Source: an uncultured Verrucomicrobiae bacterium
GTDB taxonomy: Bacteria > Verrucomicrobiota > Verrucomicrobiia > Chthoniobacterales > Chthoniobacteraceae
Reading direction: 5' to 3'
Assembly (NCBI GenBank): GCA_963836755.1
Contig: CAWIKF010000001.1
Coordinates: forward strand, 224,001 to 288,000
Length of the DNA stretch: 64,000 nt
Shown here piece by piece: positions 11,401 to 19,703 of this stretch. Within the stretch, counting starts at the first letter, position 1. Every line of letters starts with the position of its first letter. The position numbers and the translations under genes were made by a program. The notes under the pieces were generated by a model that ran no database searches, was not told the origin of the DNA, and saw only the letters and a program-made list of their open reading frames with translations.

Positions 11401-11491
11401 GTCCAGCACTTGGGCATCACTCGCAGCCGGCTTCAGCACGCTCATCGTGTGGCAGCGCGGACGCCGCCGGAAGTCAGTGCGCCTGAGCTAA
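5450..11491 (+). CDS. Large (2013 aa) PEP-CTERM-type surface protein with many autotransporter-associated beta-strand repeats
   Basis: Signal peptide after MKYKQSFALKLRNRVAAVIA; repeated TKTGAGTLTLSG-NT[YF].G.T motifs; C-terminal WAVLDHNSDYEVIPESSTWASLAAGFSTLIVWQRGRRRK. Confidence 0.92.
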   Translation: MNQSSISNSVSINLSASKSRMKYKQSFALKLRNRVAAVIATTAAITMSSHSAHAQNTVDNYTGTTTGNVTTPGNWSLNAVPVITNDAVFPVGAATGVRNFSVGNGASVGPSLVVGSLDDLSTGTTVTIQNVTTSASAVTITLGGAGNLGNSVSGTAADLFYVATGGTFNITGTGGTGATLGLVLGQSGNFDVAGTSTITSIISDGGNAFAITKTGAGTLTLSGVNTFSGGFTVGAGTVTFGGNAANLGAGAIGLGIASGSTNAILQYNTGGVNTFTNAVNVNATSGGTLEILNSSGSVNFSGPVTLANNLLLVNTNGTTTNTLTLSGNITGTGNITASATTGAPIILTGTNSYIGTTTLTANNLYAENTGATNVDKALSTGTVILNGGSLFLKADGSGNAQTIITGDGTTGNNVTVGGNTTIDVNKLVAANTGNTFVLNNLSIGANTLNVTGGSSYALKFAGTTTLTGNATFSPSTANLTLTGVIGDGGSGFTLTKTGAGTLSLAGANTYSGLTTVSAGTLSLAGGTIANSNVSLGSATFQVLNDGAGSNGTISLGNNVTVNGATTTDTINVGNNGSGNTGNTVAFGALSNGTPAQGNAVTINFTGANGYLESFSSLALTGGGGQGTTLNPTSTSVTILGNVTNQITTNPPTGKFDTLVLSGTSSGNAINGVIADNANYTSVGNGDTRVTMTGTGSWTLGGANTYHGPTTVNNGTLKLGLTNAIPTASALTVSGSGAGVTAILDLAGFDETNSSLSLGGSTATSGATVTNSTGSSTLKLTAGATYSATNNPLGATISTTTLDLNGAAQTFTVGDSTTAPFDLSISSVIQNGSLIKAGSGVLALSGANTYAGGTSVTAGTLDFQKTAAKPVAGTTTVSSGATLGLGVGGAGFFGAADVNAYLTNTLSGVSASRNLAIDTTAGDFSLGGLALPNGLRSIAKLGANTLNLGGITRTLGILNLPNATGAVTTTNSNDASGILGPWATIGTGASISYAVANGGSTPISALPVASQTGLGNAGGGTVDITNFIDNTGSKTFTANVAANTIENSFAGVTLANGGFSVTTNGILDLTGTTFSGAGHMKAGATKELDIINTNVTTTISSVIEDSASGPSSLVFAGVGGGTLVLGGTTNTYTGKTLITNGTISISVEAALGATPVSAVADEITLDNGTLLVTGSGNQVILTANRGITLGTYGGTLNPGSNNASLTVNGVITGSGSLTINGSNASGRFFTLGGANTYTGDTSIQNSTVLNVNTATAFGVGGTVSVGSSGSNLTPNIKIGNFTVANAISVTAGGGRNFLAVGATSGLSGAIALVGGATNPTLNLGISGNNETFNITGGVTGTGNISLGSGSSAVTGAQINLSGGAINNIGTITNVGVVTSGTYTISANIGSNVTGVIQNSSAVPLVLSGVNTYTGATAINSGKLRLTGSLTSAVTVGNDSATTAIFSGTGTTTGLVTTFTNGANVAYLAPGVNVSGTRTDFGAAGTLHLNNGLTIGNGTQLDYDLGTSQDLIAGSGALSLGTGVTVNVADLGGLATGTAYTLISGFGSHSGDVSTWTAAGTAPAGTTGYTFALSGNDVTLKFIGAAATATSYSLAAVAANNNVLVNHATGVTSTITNTGTGTADTLDYTGLSASATGGTITGAATNGGPLALGASGSNSGLTYNAGATSGTYAIAVTPTVGTATNDTIGGSASNSGTTTQAVTVYDAASLSGSGLNVANAAGTFRASAAVTSESFNGQAGFTAAGGLVGTQIDAGTSTAAATFDSTGKLNGTYNTTATIGFNDVTSGSAAIAGGTGDSATGIALSATVTGKTNNGSATVLAGQSYAGYGLTSSGFAQSPTTATLLDGHAGVGNTGPLSDGLDHTVVMAFSNGVGGEPNDASKLSDVLTLTGTNTDKFVLQLTYTGTPAQGTPFLAYYSAAYGGYVNAIAGNSSGNMTPFGGAAYGEIAGAYDPNNDFVLGDYGFDAANHTAWAVLDHNSDYEVIPESSTWASLAAGFSTLIVWQRGRRRKSVRLS

Positions 11492-11556
11492 GGCGACAGT
11501 CGCAACCATTACTCCAAAAAGCGCCGCAGTTCGAAAGACTGCGGCTCTTTTTTTTT
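9674..11556 (+). repeat. Long direct repeat copy 1 (3' ~600 codons plus terminator), paralogous to 16186-18064
   Basis: Near-identical protein and DNA from NTYTGAT..GKLRLTGSLTSAVTVGNDSATTAIFSG through the stop codon and terminator. Confidence 0.9.
11516..11556 (+). terminator. Rho-independent terminator
   Basis: AAAAAGCGCCGCAGT-TCGAAAG-ACTGCGGCTC followed by T9. Confidence 0.85.
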
Positions 11557-11844
11557 GCGCTGAGTAAGAACGGCCTGCTCGCCGCTCTGAGCGCTGGCGA
11601 TTTTTACCGACTCTCTTTCCCACACGGTCCTTCCAATCGAGTAGCGCTGTTTTGTCCGGAAGATAACGGAAATGTCACAAAAAGGACGCTGACACAACGC
11701 CACAAAATCTCGTTTTCTTAGCGCTCGATCGCCGCGCGCCGCTTTTCTCGCCGACTTTTTATCTCCCGCGGAGCCTGTCTGGACAGAGTAATTGCGTCGA
11801 TTCCAGCCAAATCACCCATCGTTTCCGGTGTCGCCAAAAAAATG

Positions 11845-11896
11845 TCACAAAAAAGTGAAAAAATTATTTGACACCCATTTTTCCCTCCGCTATCTT
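11845..11896 (+). promoter_or_regulatory. Sigma70-type promoter with upstream TCAC-N6-GTGA inverted repeat
   Basis: TTGACA (11868-11873), 17-bp spacer, TATCTT (11891-11896); TCACaaaaaaGTGA 11845-11858. Confidence 0.75.
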
Positions 11897-11940
11897 CCAT
11901 CCCAGCAGCCCCCATTTTAATTAAAAACCTCCCGTTTCAA

Positions 11941-14900
11941 ATGAACCAATCTTCCATCTCCAATTCAGTTTCCGCCAACCTCCTCATCAAAACCTCCAAA
12001 AACAAAATGAAATACAAGCAATCCTTCGCCCTCAAGCTCCGCAACCGCGTCGCAGCGGTCATCGCTACCACCGCCGCATTCTCGATGTCTGCGCAGGCGG
12101 CAGATACCACCACTTCTTCGTGGCTCGGCGGAACGACCAACTGGTCAACCTCCGCGGGGAACTGGAGCGCCGGCGTGCCTTCTGCAACGATCAGCGCGAA
12201 GTTTGACGGGACTTTCACGAACCAGCCGACCCTCACCGCGGCTTCTACGGCACAGGGAATCTGGTTGGCCACTGGCGATGCCCAGGATGTGACGATCAAT
12301 GCGGCTTCTGCCTTCACGCTCAGCTTGACCGGCACGGCCACCTTAAATAGTCAGACCAATGCCGGTATCATCATGACCGATACGGCGAATCACAACCTCA
12401 CGATCGGGCCGAACGTGAGCATCACGCTGTCCAACCCTACTGGTTTTTATAACAATGAAGCGACGGGTCTCCTGACGGTCTCTGGCGGTTTAAACACGAA
12501 TGCGAAAGCCCTGGCCATTGCTGGCACGGGTGCCACGACCCTCTCCGGTGTTGTTAGCGGCAGCGGTGCAATTACCATCAGTAACGGCGGCACGGTGACG
12601 ATTTCGAACATCACTGACTCCTATAGCGGCCAGCTCACCGTTCAGAACGGCAAGTTGAAGATCGATACGATCAATAACACGAGCGCGAATGGTGAATTGG
12701 GTAACAATGCGCTTGCTGTCATCCTGGGCAATACGGGCGGCCAGACCGGCACGCTGGACTACACCGGCGTCACGGCAGCGAGCAGTAAGAAATTCACGAT
12801 GGCCACCGGCGGCACCGGCGCTTTCCAGATCGATACAGCGGCGGCTGTCCTCACACTCAGCGGCGTGATTGACGGCGGCGGCGCGCTCACCAAGACAGGT
12901 GGCGACACCGCGAGCGTGCTCCTTCTCTCGGGTGGAAACTCCTACAGTGGTGGTTTGAATGTCGTCACCGGCACGGTGAAGCTCGGCAATACCACCGGCT
13001 CGGGTGCCGCGACAAACATCGTCTCCGTCGGCACGGGTGCGACTTTCGATATCGCGACTTTCTCGCCAACCATCGGCGGTTTGACCGGATTGGGAACGGT
13101 GACCAATAGCAGCACAGCGGGCACGCTGACCATCAACTCCACGACCACCAACACCTTTGGCGGCGTGATCACGGCAGTCACCCCTGCCAACCTCTTGCTG
13201 ACCAAAAGCGGTTCGGGAACTCAAATCCTGACCGGCGCGAACACCTACACTGGCGCGACCACCATCAATGCGGGCATTCTGCAATTGAGCGGCGCAACCG
13301 GTGCCTTGGCGCTTTCCGCCACGGCCCCGGCGTTGAACGGCGGCTCTTTGATCCTGGATAACACCGGTGCTGCCAGCAACAACAACAACCGTATCGCCGA
13401 TACACAGGCACTCGCGCTCAACGGCGGCAACTTCGTTTACAAAGGTTCCGATCAAGGGGCCACCAACTCCACGGAGACCATCCAAAACCTCAGCGGCACT
13501 GGCAATTCCACCATCACGGTCTCCTTCGGCGGCACGAACGGGGCTACTCTCACGGCGGGAACCTTTACGCACGCAGCGGGCAATGCCACCGATATGGTCA
13601 ACGGTGTAAACCTTGGCAAAAACTCGACGGATGCCGCGAGCTTCGCCCGTTTCATCAGCACTGCGCCGACTCTGACCGGCACGACGAACGCCCTCACGAC
13701 GGGCATCAATTCCGCTGTCAAGAACACGAAAATCGTTCCGTTCCTGGTGGGCGAAGCGACTTCGACCACTGGCGGCTTGGGAACGGCCACCGGCACGGCG
13801 AATACTTTTGTCACCTACATTGCCGGCAGTGGCTATCGCCCGTTGAACCCGACCGACGAGTTCACCAACAACGCCATCACGGCAGGCACTAACACTTACG
13901 TCACCACGGGGGCTACCAACACCGCCAATACCTCGATCAATTCCCTCGTCATCAATGGCGGTGACGTGACGGTCAACGACGGCTTCACCCTCACGAACAC
14001 CAGCGGCGCCTTGCTCTTTGCTTCGTCGAACAGCATCAAACCCAGCGGCACGACCGGCCTCTACACGGGTTCTGCGGAAAACCAGATCACGGTGAATTCC
14101 GCTGTGACCGGCACCATCAGCGCGATTGTGAGCGGCTCGCAAGCCCTCACCAAGAGCGGCGCGGGCACGCTGGTGCTCAGCGGGGCGAACACCTATAACG
14201 GCGCCACGACCCTCGCCGCGGGCACGCTGAACCTTAGCAATGCGCTGGCTCTGCAAAACAGCACCTTGACGTATAGCACCGCCGGCACATCGCTGGTATT
14301 CGATGCAGCGGGCGGCACCGCCTTTACCCTTGGTGGCCTGACCACGGGCAACAACATTCTTTTAGCTAATAATGGTTCAGCTGCAATCAACTTGACCGTG
14401 GGCGGCAACAACAGCTCGACGACCATTGGTGGTGTCCTCTCGGGCACGGGCGGCTCGCTGACGAAGACTGGCACTGGCACGCTGACTCTGGGTGCAGCGA
14501 ATACCTACACCGGCGCGACGGTCGTCAATGGGGGCAAACTCTACCTGCAAAATGGTGCGACGCTCAAGTTCAGCTCCTCTGTCACTGCGACCGGAACCGG
14601 CTTGCTCGCGATGAACAACGGCAGTGAAAGCGGCCAGTTTGCGGCGGGAGTGGTAATCCAGGGCACTGGTGGCTTTAGCAACGAGATCAACAACCCGAAT
14701 ACCAACGTAACTTTAGACCGGGACAATACTTATACCGGGCAGACGACATGGGGATCTCGAGGTGTCACCGCAGCGGGCGTGGTCTCAAAATACGACGTCA
14801 GCGGCAACCAGATCAGCGGTGCCTTTGGCGTCAATTCAAAGATTAATTTTGCCGCCCAGCCGTCTACGTTGCTTTTAAGCGGCAATAACAACCAGGTTGG

Positions 14901-17900
14901 GTCGCTGTCCGGGACGCCCGGCGGCGGAGGTGGCGTGCTGCTGCGTGGTGCAACCATCACGATCGGCGGAGACAACACAGACGCCACCTACACCGGGCCT
15001 ATTACCAATAACTATTTACCGGGCACCGATCAAAACGGCAACGGCAGCACTGGCCAAGTTGCAGGCGGTAATGTCATCAAGATCGGCACCGGCACGCAGA
15101 CCATCGTTTCAACCAACAACCCCAGCGGCTATGAGGGGACAACGACCATCAAGGGCGGTGTGCTGAGCATCAATGTGCTGGGAACCAACGGGGATACTGC
15201 TAACAACCCAAATGGAACGAGCGGCTATGTGACCGCGACGACTACGATCGTCAACACCACGACACTTACGGTTGCGAGCGGCACGACGGGTTTGGTTAAA
15301 GGTATGAGTGTATTCGATCTCCAGTCGCTTGGTAACGGAGCGAAAATCACCAATCTCGTGGACAACGGCACGACTATCACGATTACCTTATCCGCCGGTC
15401 TTAATGCGGGCGTTACTGGAACCAAAACCAATGTAAACTATGGTTTTGGCAGCGGCATCGGCCTTGCCGGTCCCGCCGCATCCACCCTCGTCCTTGACGG
15501 CGGCACGCTGCGATACACGGGTGTGGCGACCACCACCGACCGTCTCTTCACCGTCGGCTCCACGGTCGCTGGCGCGACGGGAACACTCGATGCCTCTACC
15601 GGGGGGGCTATCACCTTCGGCAACACTGGCGCAATCGCCTACGGGACGATCGATCAAACCCGCACGCTCGGCCTCACTGGCAGCACTGCCGGGAACATCT
15701 TCAATCCCCTGATTGGCGACAATGGCGCGGGTGCAGTTAGCGTGCTCAAATCGGGCACGGGTTCCTGGACGCTCACGAACACGGGCAACGCCTACACTGG
15801 TGGAACCACCGTCAACGCCGGCATCCTGACTTCCGCAGTGACTGGTGGCTTCGGCGCAGGCAATGTGACCGTGAATCCGACCGGAAACACTTTGGCGGAT
15901 GCGACGACGTTAAACTCGACCGGCAGCATCGCCTCGACGGCGCTGGTCACGGTTAACAACAACGTTGCCGCCATCGGCACGGTGAACTTTAACGGCGCGG
16001 CGCCGACCATCGGCGGCTTGACCGGCAGCGGCAACGCGGTCCTCAACAACGCGACCGGAACTGCATTGACCGTGGGCAGCACGAACAACCTCGACTCGAG
16101 CTTCACAGGCGCCATCAGTGAAGGCACCGTCGGAATGGGCAGCCTCATCAAGGCGGGCACTGGCACACTGGCCTTGGGCGGCACGAATACCTACACCGGC
16201 GCGACCACGGTCGCGAACGGCAAACTCCGCTTGACCGGCTCGCTGACGAGCGCGGTAACGGTGGGAAATGATAGCGCGACCACCGCCATCTTCTCCGGCA
16301 CGGGCGCGACGAGCGGCTTGGTGACAACGTTCACCAATAACTCGAACATCGCCTACCTCGCGCCTGGCGTGAATTCCACCGGCACCCGCAGCGACTTCGG
16401 TGGGGCTGGCACGCTGCACCTGAACAATGGGTTGACCATTGGCAACGGGACTCAGCTTGATTACGACTTAGGCACCTCGCAGGATTTGATCGCCGGCAGC
16501 GGCGCTCTCTCGCTCGGCACGGGTGTCACGGTGAACGTCGCCGACCTGGGTGGCCTGACGACCGGCACGACCTACACGCTGATCAGCGGCTTTTCCGGCG
16601 TAACCGGCAGTCCGACAGGATGGACGGCGGCTGGCGCGACGCCTTCTGGCTCGACCGGCTACACCTTTGCCCTCAGCGGCAACGATGTGACACTGACCTT
16701 CAACGCTCCTGTGAGTGCGACGGCGACGACCTACTCGCTGGCAGCAGTGGCAGCGAACAACAATGTGCTCGTCAACCACACCACAGCAGTCACCAGCACG
16801 ATCACCAACACCGGCACCGGCACGGCGGATACGCTCGACTACACCGGCTTGAGCGCAAGCGCGACGGGCGGGACCATCACCGGGTCTGCGACCAACGGCG
16901 GCCCGCTGGCGCAAGGCGCGAACGGCAACAACCCCGGGTTGACCTACAACGCGGGAGCCACCAGCGGCGCCTACGCAATCACCCCGACCGTGACTACCGC
17001 AACCAACGACACGGTAGGCGGCAGCGCGAGCAGCAGCGGCACGACACCTCAAGCGGTGAACGTGTATGATGCAGCCTCGCTCAGCGGCAGCGGACTCAAC
17101 GTAGCCAACGCAGCGGGATCTCCGCTCCGCGCCTCGGCCGCAGTGACTTCTGAGACCTTGAGCGGCCAATCCGGCTTCACCGCCGCGCTGGTCCCCGGCA
17201 CCACGAAGATCGACGCGGGCACTTCCACGGCAGCGGCGACCTTCGACAACACCGGCAAGCTCAACGGCACTTATCACACAACCGCCACTGTCGGCTTTGA
17301 TAATGTGACCAGCGGCAACGCTGCCATCGCAGGCGGCGCAGGCGACAGCGCCACCGGCATCGCCCTGAGCGCCAGCGTCTCCGGCAAGACCAACACCGGC
17401 AGCGCCACGGTGCTCGCGGGACAAAGCTACGCGGGCTACGGCTTGGGCAGCACGTTTACCGACAGCACCACCGCCACGCTCCTCCAAGGCAACGCCGGCG
17501 TAGGCAACACAGGCCCTCTCTCCGATGGGCAGGATCATACCGTCAACATGGCCTTCTCCAACGGGGTCGGCGGCGAACCGAATGATGCCAGCAAGCTGAG
17601 CGACGTGCTCACCTTGACCGGCACCAACACCGACAAGTTTGTCCTGCAACTCACCTACACTGGCACACCGGCCCAAGGCACACCGTTTATCGCCTACTAC
17701 AGCGCGGCCTACGGCGGCTATGTCAACGCGATTGCCGGCAACAGCAGCGGAAACATGACCCCCTTCGGCGGACCCGCCTACGGAGAATTGACGGGTGCGT
17801 ATGATCCGAACAGCGAGTTTGTCCTCGGTGACTACGGGTTTGATTCCAACACCAACACCGCATGGGCAGTGCTCGATCACAATAGCGACTACGAAGTCAT

Positions 17901-17997
17901 CCCTGAGTCCAGCACTTGGGCATCGCTCGCAGCCGGCTTCGGCACGCTCATGGTCTGGCAGCGCGGACGCCGCCGGAAATCAGTGCGCCTGAGCTAA
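11941..17997 (+). CDS. Large (2018 aa) PEP-CTERM-type surface protein with autotransporter-associated beta-strand repeats; tandem paralog of 5450-11491
   Basis: Same leader MNQSSISNSVS...MKYKQSFALKLRNRVAAVIATTAA; same C-terminal region and IPESSTW tail; different centre. Confidence 0.92.
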   Translation: MNQSSISNSVSANLLIKTSKNKMKYKQSFALKLRNRVAAVIATTAAFSMSAQAADTTTSSWLGGTTNWSTSAGNWSAGVPSATISAKFDGTFTNQPTLTAASTAQGIWLATGDAQDVTINAASAFTLSLTGTATLNSQTNAGIIMTDTANHNLTIGPNVSITLSNPTGFYNNEATGLLTVSGGLNTNAKALAIAGTGATTLSGVVSGSGAITISNGGTVTISNITDSYSGQLTVQNGKLKIDTINNTSANGELGNNALAVILGNTGGQTGTLDYTGVTAASSKKFTMATGGTGAFQIDTAAAVLTLSGVIDGGGALTKTGGDTASVLLLSGGNSYSGGLNVVTGTVKLGNTTGSGAATNIVSVGTGATFDIATFSPTIGGLTGLGTVTNSSTAGTLTINSTTTNTFGGVITAVTPANLLLTKSGSGTQILTGANTYTGATTINAGILQLSGATGALALSATAPALNGGSLILDNTGAASNNNNRIADTQALALNGGNFVYKGSDQGATNSTETIQNLSGTGNSTITVSFGGTNGATLTAGTFTHAAGNATDMVNGVNLGKNSTDAASFARFISTAPTLTGTTNALTTGINSAVKNTKIVPFLVGEATSTTGGLGTATGTANTFVTYIAGSGYRPLNPTDEFTNNAITAGTNTYVTTGATNTANTSINSLVINGGDVTVNDGFTLTNTSGALLFASSNSIKPSGTTGLYTGSAENQITVNSAVTGTISAIVSGSQALTKSGAGTLVLSGANTYNGATTLAAGTLNLSNALALQNSTLTYSTAGTSLVFDAAGGTAFTLGGLTTGNNILLANNGSAAINLTVGGNNSSTTIGGVLSGTGGSLTKTGTGTLTLGAANTYTGATVVNGGKLYLQNGATLKFSSSVTATGTGLLAMNNGSESGQFAAGVVIQGTGGFSNEINNPNTNVTLDRDNTYTGQTTWGSRGVTAAGVVSKYDVSGNQISGAFGVNSKINFAAQPSTLLLSGNNNQVGSLSGTPGGGGGVLLRGATITIGGDNTDATYTGPITNNYLPGTDQNGNGSTGQVAGGNVIKIGTGTQTIVSTNNPSGYEGTTTIKGGVLSINVLGTNGDTANNPNGTSGYVTATTTIVNTTTLTVASGTTGLVKGMSVFDLQSLGNGAKITNLVDNGTTITITLSAGLNAGVTGTKTNVNYGFGSGIGLAGPAASTLVLDGGTLRYTGVATTTDRLFTVGSTVAGATGTLDASTGGAITFGNTGAIAYGTIDQTRTLGLTGSTAGNIFNPLIGDNGAGAVSVLKSGTGSWTLTNTGNAYTGGTTVNAGILTSAVTGGFGAGNVTVNPTGNTLADATTLNSTGSIASTALVTVNNNVAAIGTVNFNGAAPTIGGLTGSGNAVLNNATGTALTVGSTNNLDSSFTGAISEGTVGMGSLIKAGTGTLALGGTNTYTGATTVANGKLRLTGSLTSAVTVGNDSATTAIFSGTGATSGLVTTFTNNSNIAYLAPGVNSTGTRSDFGGAGTLHLNNGLTIGNGTQLDYDLGTSQDLIAGSGALSLGTGVTVNVADLGGLTTGTTYTLISGFSGVTGSPTGWTAAGATPSGSTGYTFALSGNDVTLTFNAPVSATATTYSLAAVAANNNVLVNHTTAVTSTITNTGTGTADTLDYTGLSASATGGTITGSATNGGPLAQGANGNNPGLTYNAGATSGAYAITPTVTTATNDTVGGSASSSGTTPQAVNVYDAASLSGSGLNVANAAGSPLRASAAVTSETLSGQSGFTAALVPGTTKIDAGTSTAAATFDNTGKLNGTYHTTATVGFDNVTSGNAAIAGGAGDSATGIALSASVSGKTNTGSATVLAGQSYAGYGLGSTFTDSTTATLLQGNAGVGNTGPLSDGQDHTVNMAFSNGVGGEPNDASKLSDVLTLTGTNTDKFVLQLTYTGTPAQGTPFIAYYSAAYGGYVNAIAGNSSGNMTPFGGPAYGELTGAYDPNSEFVLGDYGFDSNTNTAWAVLDHNSDYEVIPESSTWASLAAGFGTLMVWQRGRRRKSVRLS

Positions 17998-18064
17998 GGC
18001 GACAGTCGCAACCATTACTCCAAAAAGCGCCGCAGTTCGAAAGACTGCGGCGCTTTTGTTTTTT
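16186..18064 (+). repeat. Long direct repeat copy 2, paralogous to 9674-11556
   Basis: Near-identical 3' coding region, 3' UTR (GAGCTAAGGCGACAGTCGCAACCATTACTCC) and terminator. Confidence 0.9.
18022..18064 (+). terminator. Rho-independent terminator (probably bidirectional)
   Basis: AAAAAGCGCCGCAGT-TCGAAAG-ACTGCGGCGCTTTTGTTTTTT between convergent genes. Confidence 0.85.
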
Positions 18065-18223
18065 GCCTCCAACGTGTCGGGGGGATCGGGCATGCGGCCG
18101 CTAAGCCGGGCGCGAGTGAGAAGGCGACGATGACTGACCGGGTCTTGTTTGTGACTACCGGCAAGCGATGACCGAACTTTGACCGCAGACGCGAGCGACG
18201 CGCGTCAAAGTTCCCAGCTGGAC

Positions 18224-18923
<700 letters not shown>

Positions 18924-18931
<8 letters not shown>

Positions 18932-19703
18932 TCGGCGCAGTTTCCGTCCCGAGATAAGCCTCGATCACTTTCGGGTTGATTTTTATTTCGGCCGGCGTCC
19001 CGTCGGCGAGTTTTTCGCCATAATCGAGCACGGCGATGCGCTGGCAGATGCCCATGACGACGCGCATGTCGTGCTCCACGAGCAGCACGGCGATCTGGAA
19101 TTTCTCCTGCACGAAACGGATCAGCTCCATCAGCTCTTTTTTCTCAGTTGGGTTCATGCCGGCGGCGGGCTCGTCGAGCAGAAGCAGCTTCGGCTGCGTG
19201 GCGAGCGCGCGCACGATCTCGAGCCGGCGCTGGTCGCCATACGGCAGACTGTTGCACATTGCAGAACGCTCGCTTTCGAGGTGAAAAATTTGCAAAAGCT
19301 CCATCGCACGCGCGTCGATCTCGCGCTCCTCCTGCGCGAATCCGCCGCCGCGCCAGAGCGCGTGCGCGATGCCGTGGCGCAAGTGCATGTTCAGCGCGGC
19401 GCGGACGTTGTCGAAGACGCTGAGCGATGGGAAAAGGCGGATGTTTTGAAAGGTGCGGGCGATGCCGCGCTTGGTGATCTGGTAAGGCTTGCGGCCGACC
19501 ACCGATTTACCGTCAAAGCGAATCTCGCCTTCCGTTGGGCGGTAGACACCCGTAATCAGGTTGAAAATGGTTGTTTTACCCGCGCCATTCGGTCCGATCA
19601 GCCCGACCAGCTCGCGCGCGCCGATTTTCAAATCCACATCCGAGACCGCTTTCAGTCCGCCAAAGCGCACCGTGCAATGATCCAGCTCGAGCAGCGCATT
19701 CAT
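18924..19703 (-). CDS. livG: Branched-chain amino acid ABC transporter ATP-binding subunit
   Basis: [39 protein letters not shown]. Confidence 0.93.

Noticed and set aside
12490..17880. Long minus-strand ORFs (588 aa, 470 aa) opposite the surface-protein gene
   Set aside because: These are antisense shadows of a GC-biased repetitive gene, with Arg/Gly/Ala-rich translations and no motifs.
9674..18064. Near-identical 3' regions as a diversity-generating retroelement TR/VR pair
   Set aside because: Both copies are coding and ~1.9 kb long, differences are not adenine-specific, and there is no reverse transcriptase in the window.
18129..18213. Short TGAC/ACCG repeats and GAACTTTGAC-N20-GTCAAAGTTC inverted repeat after livF
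   Set aside because: There are too few units and the spacing is too irregular to call a fourth array; the inverted repeat may be a simple 3' hairpin.
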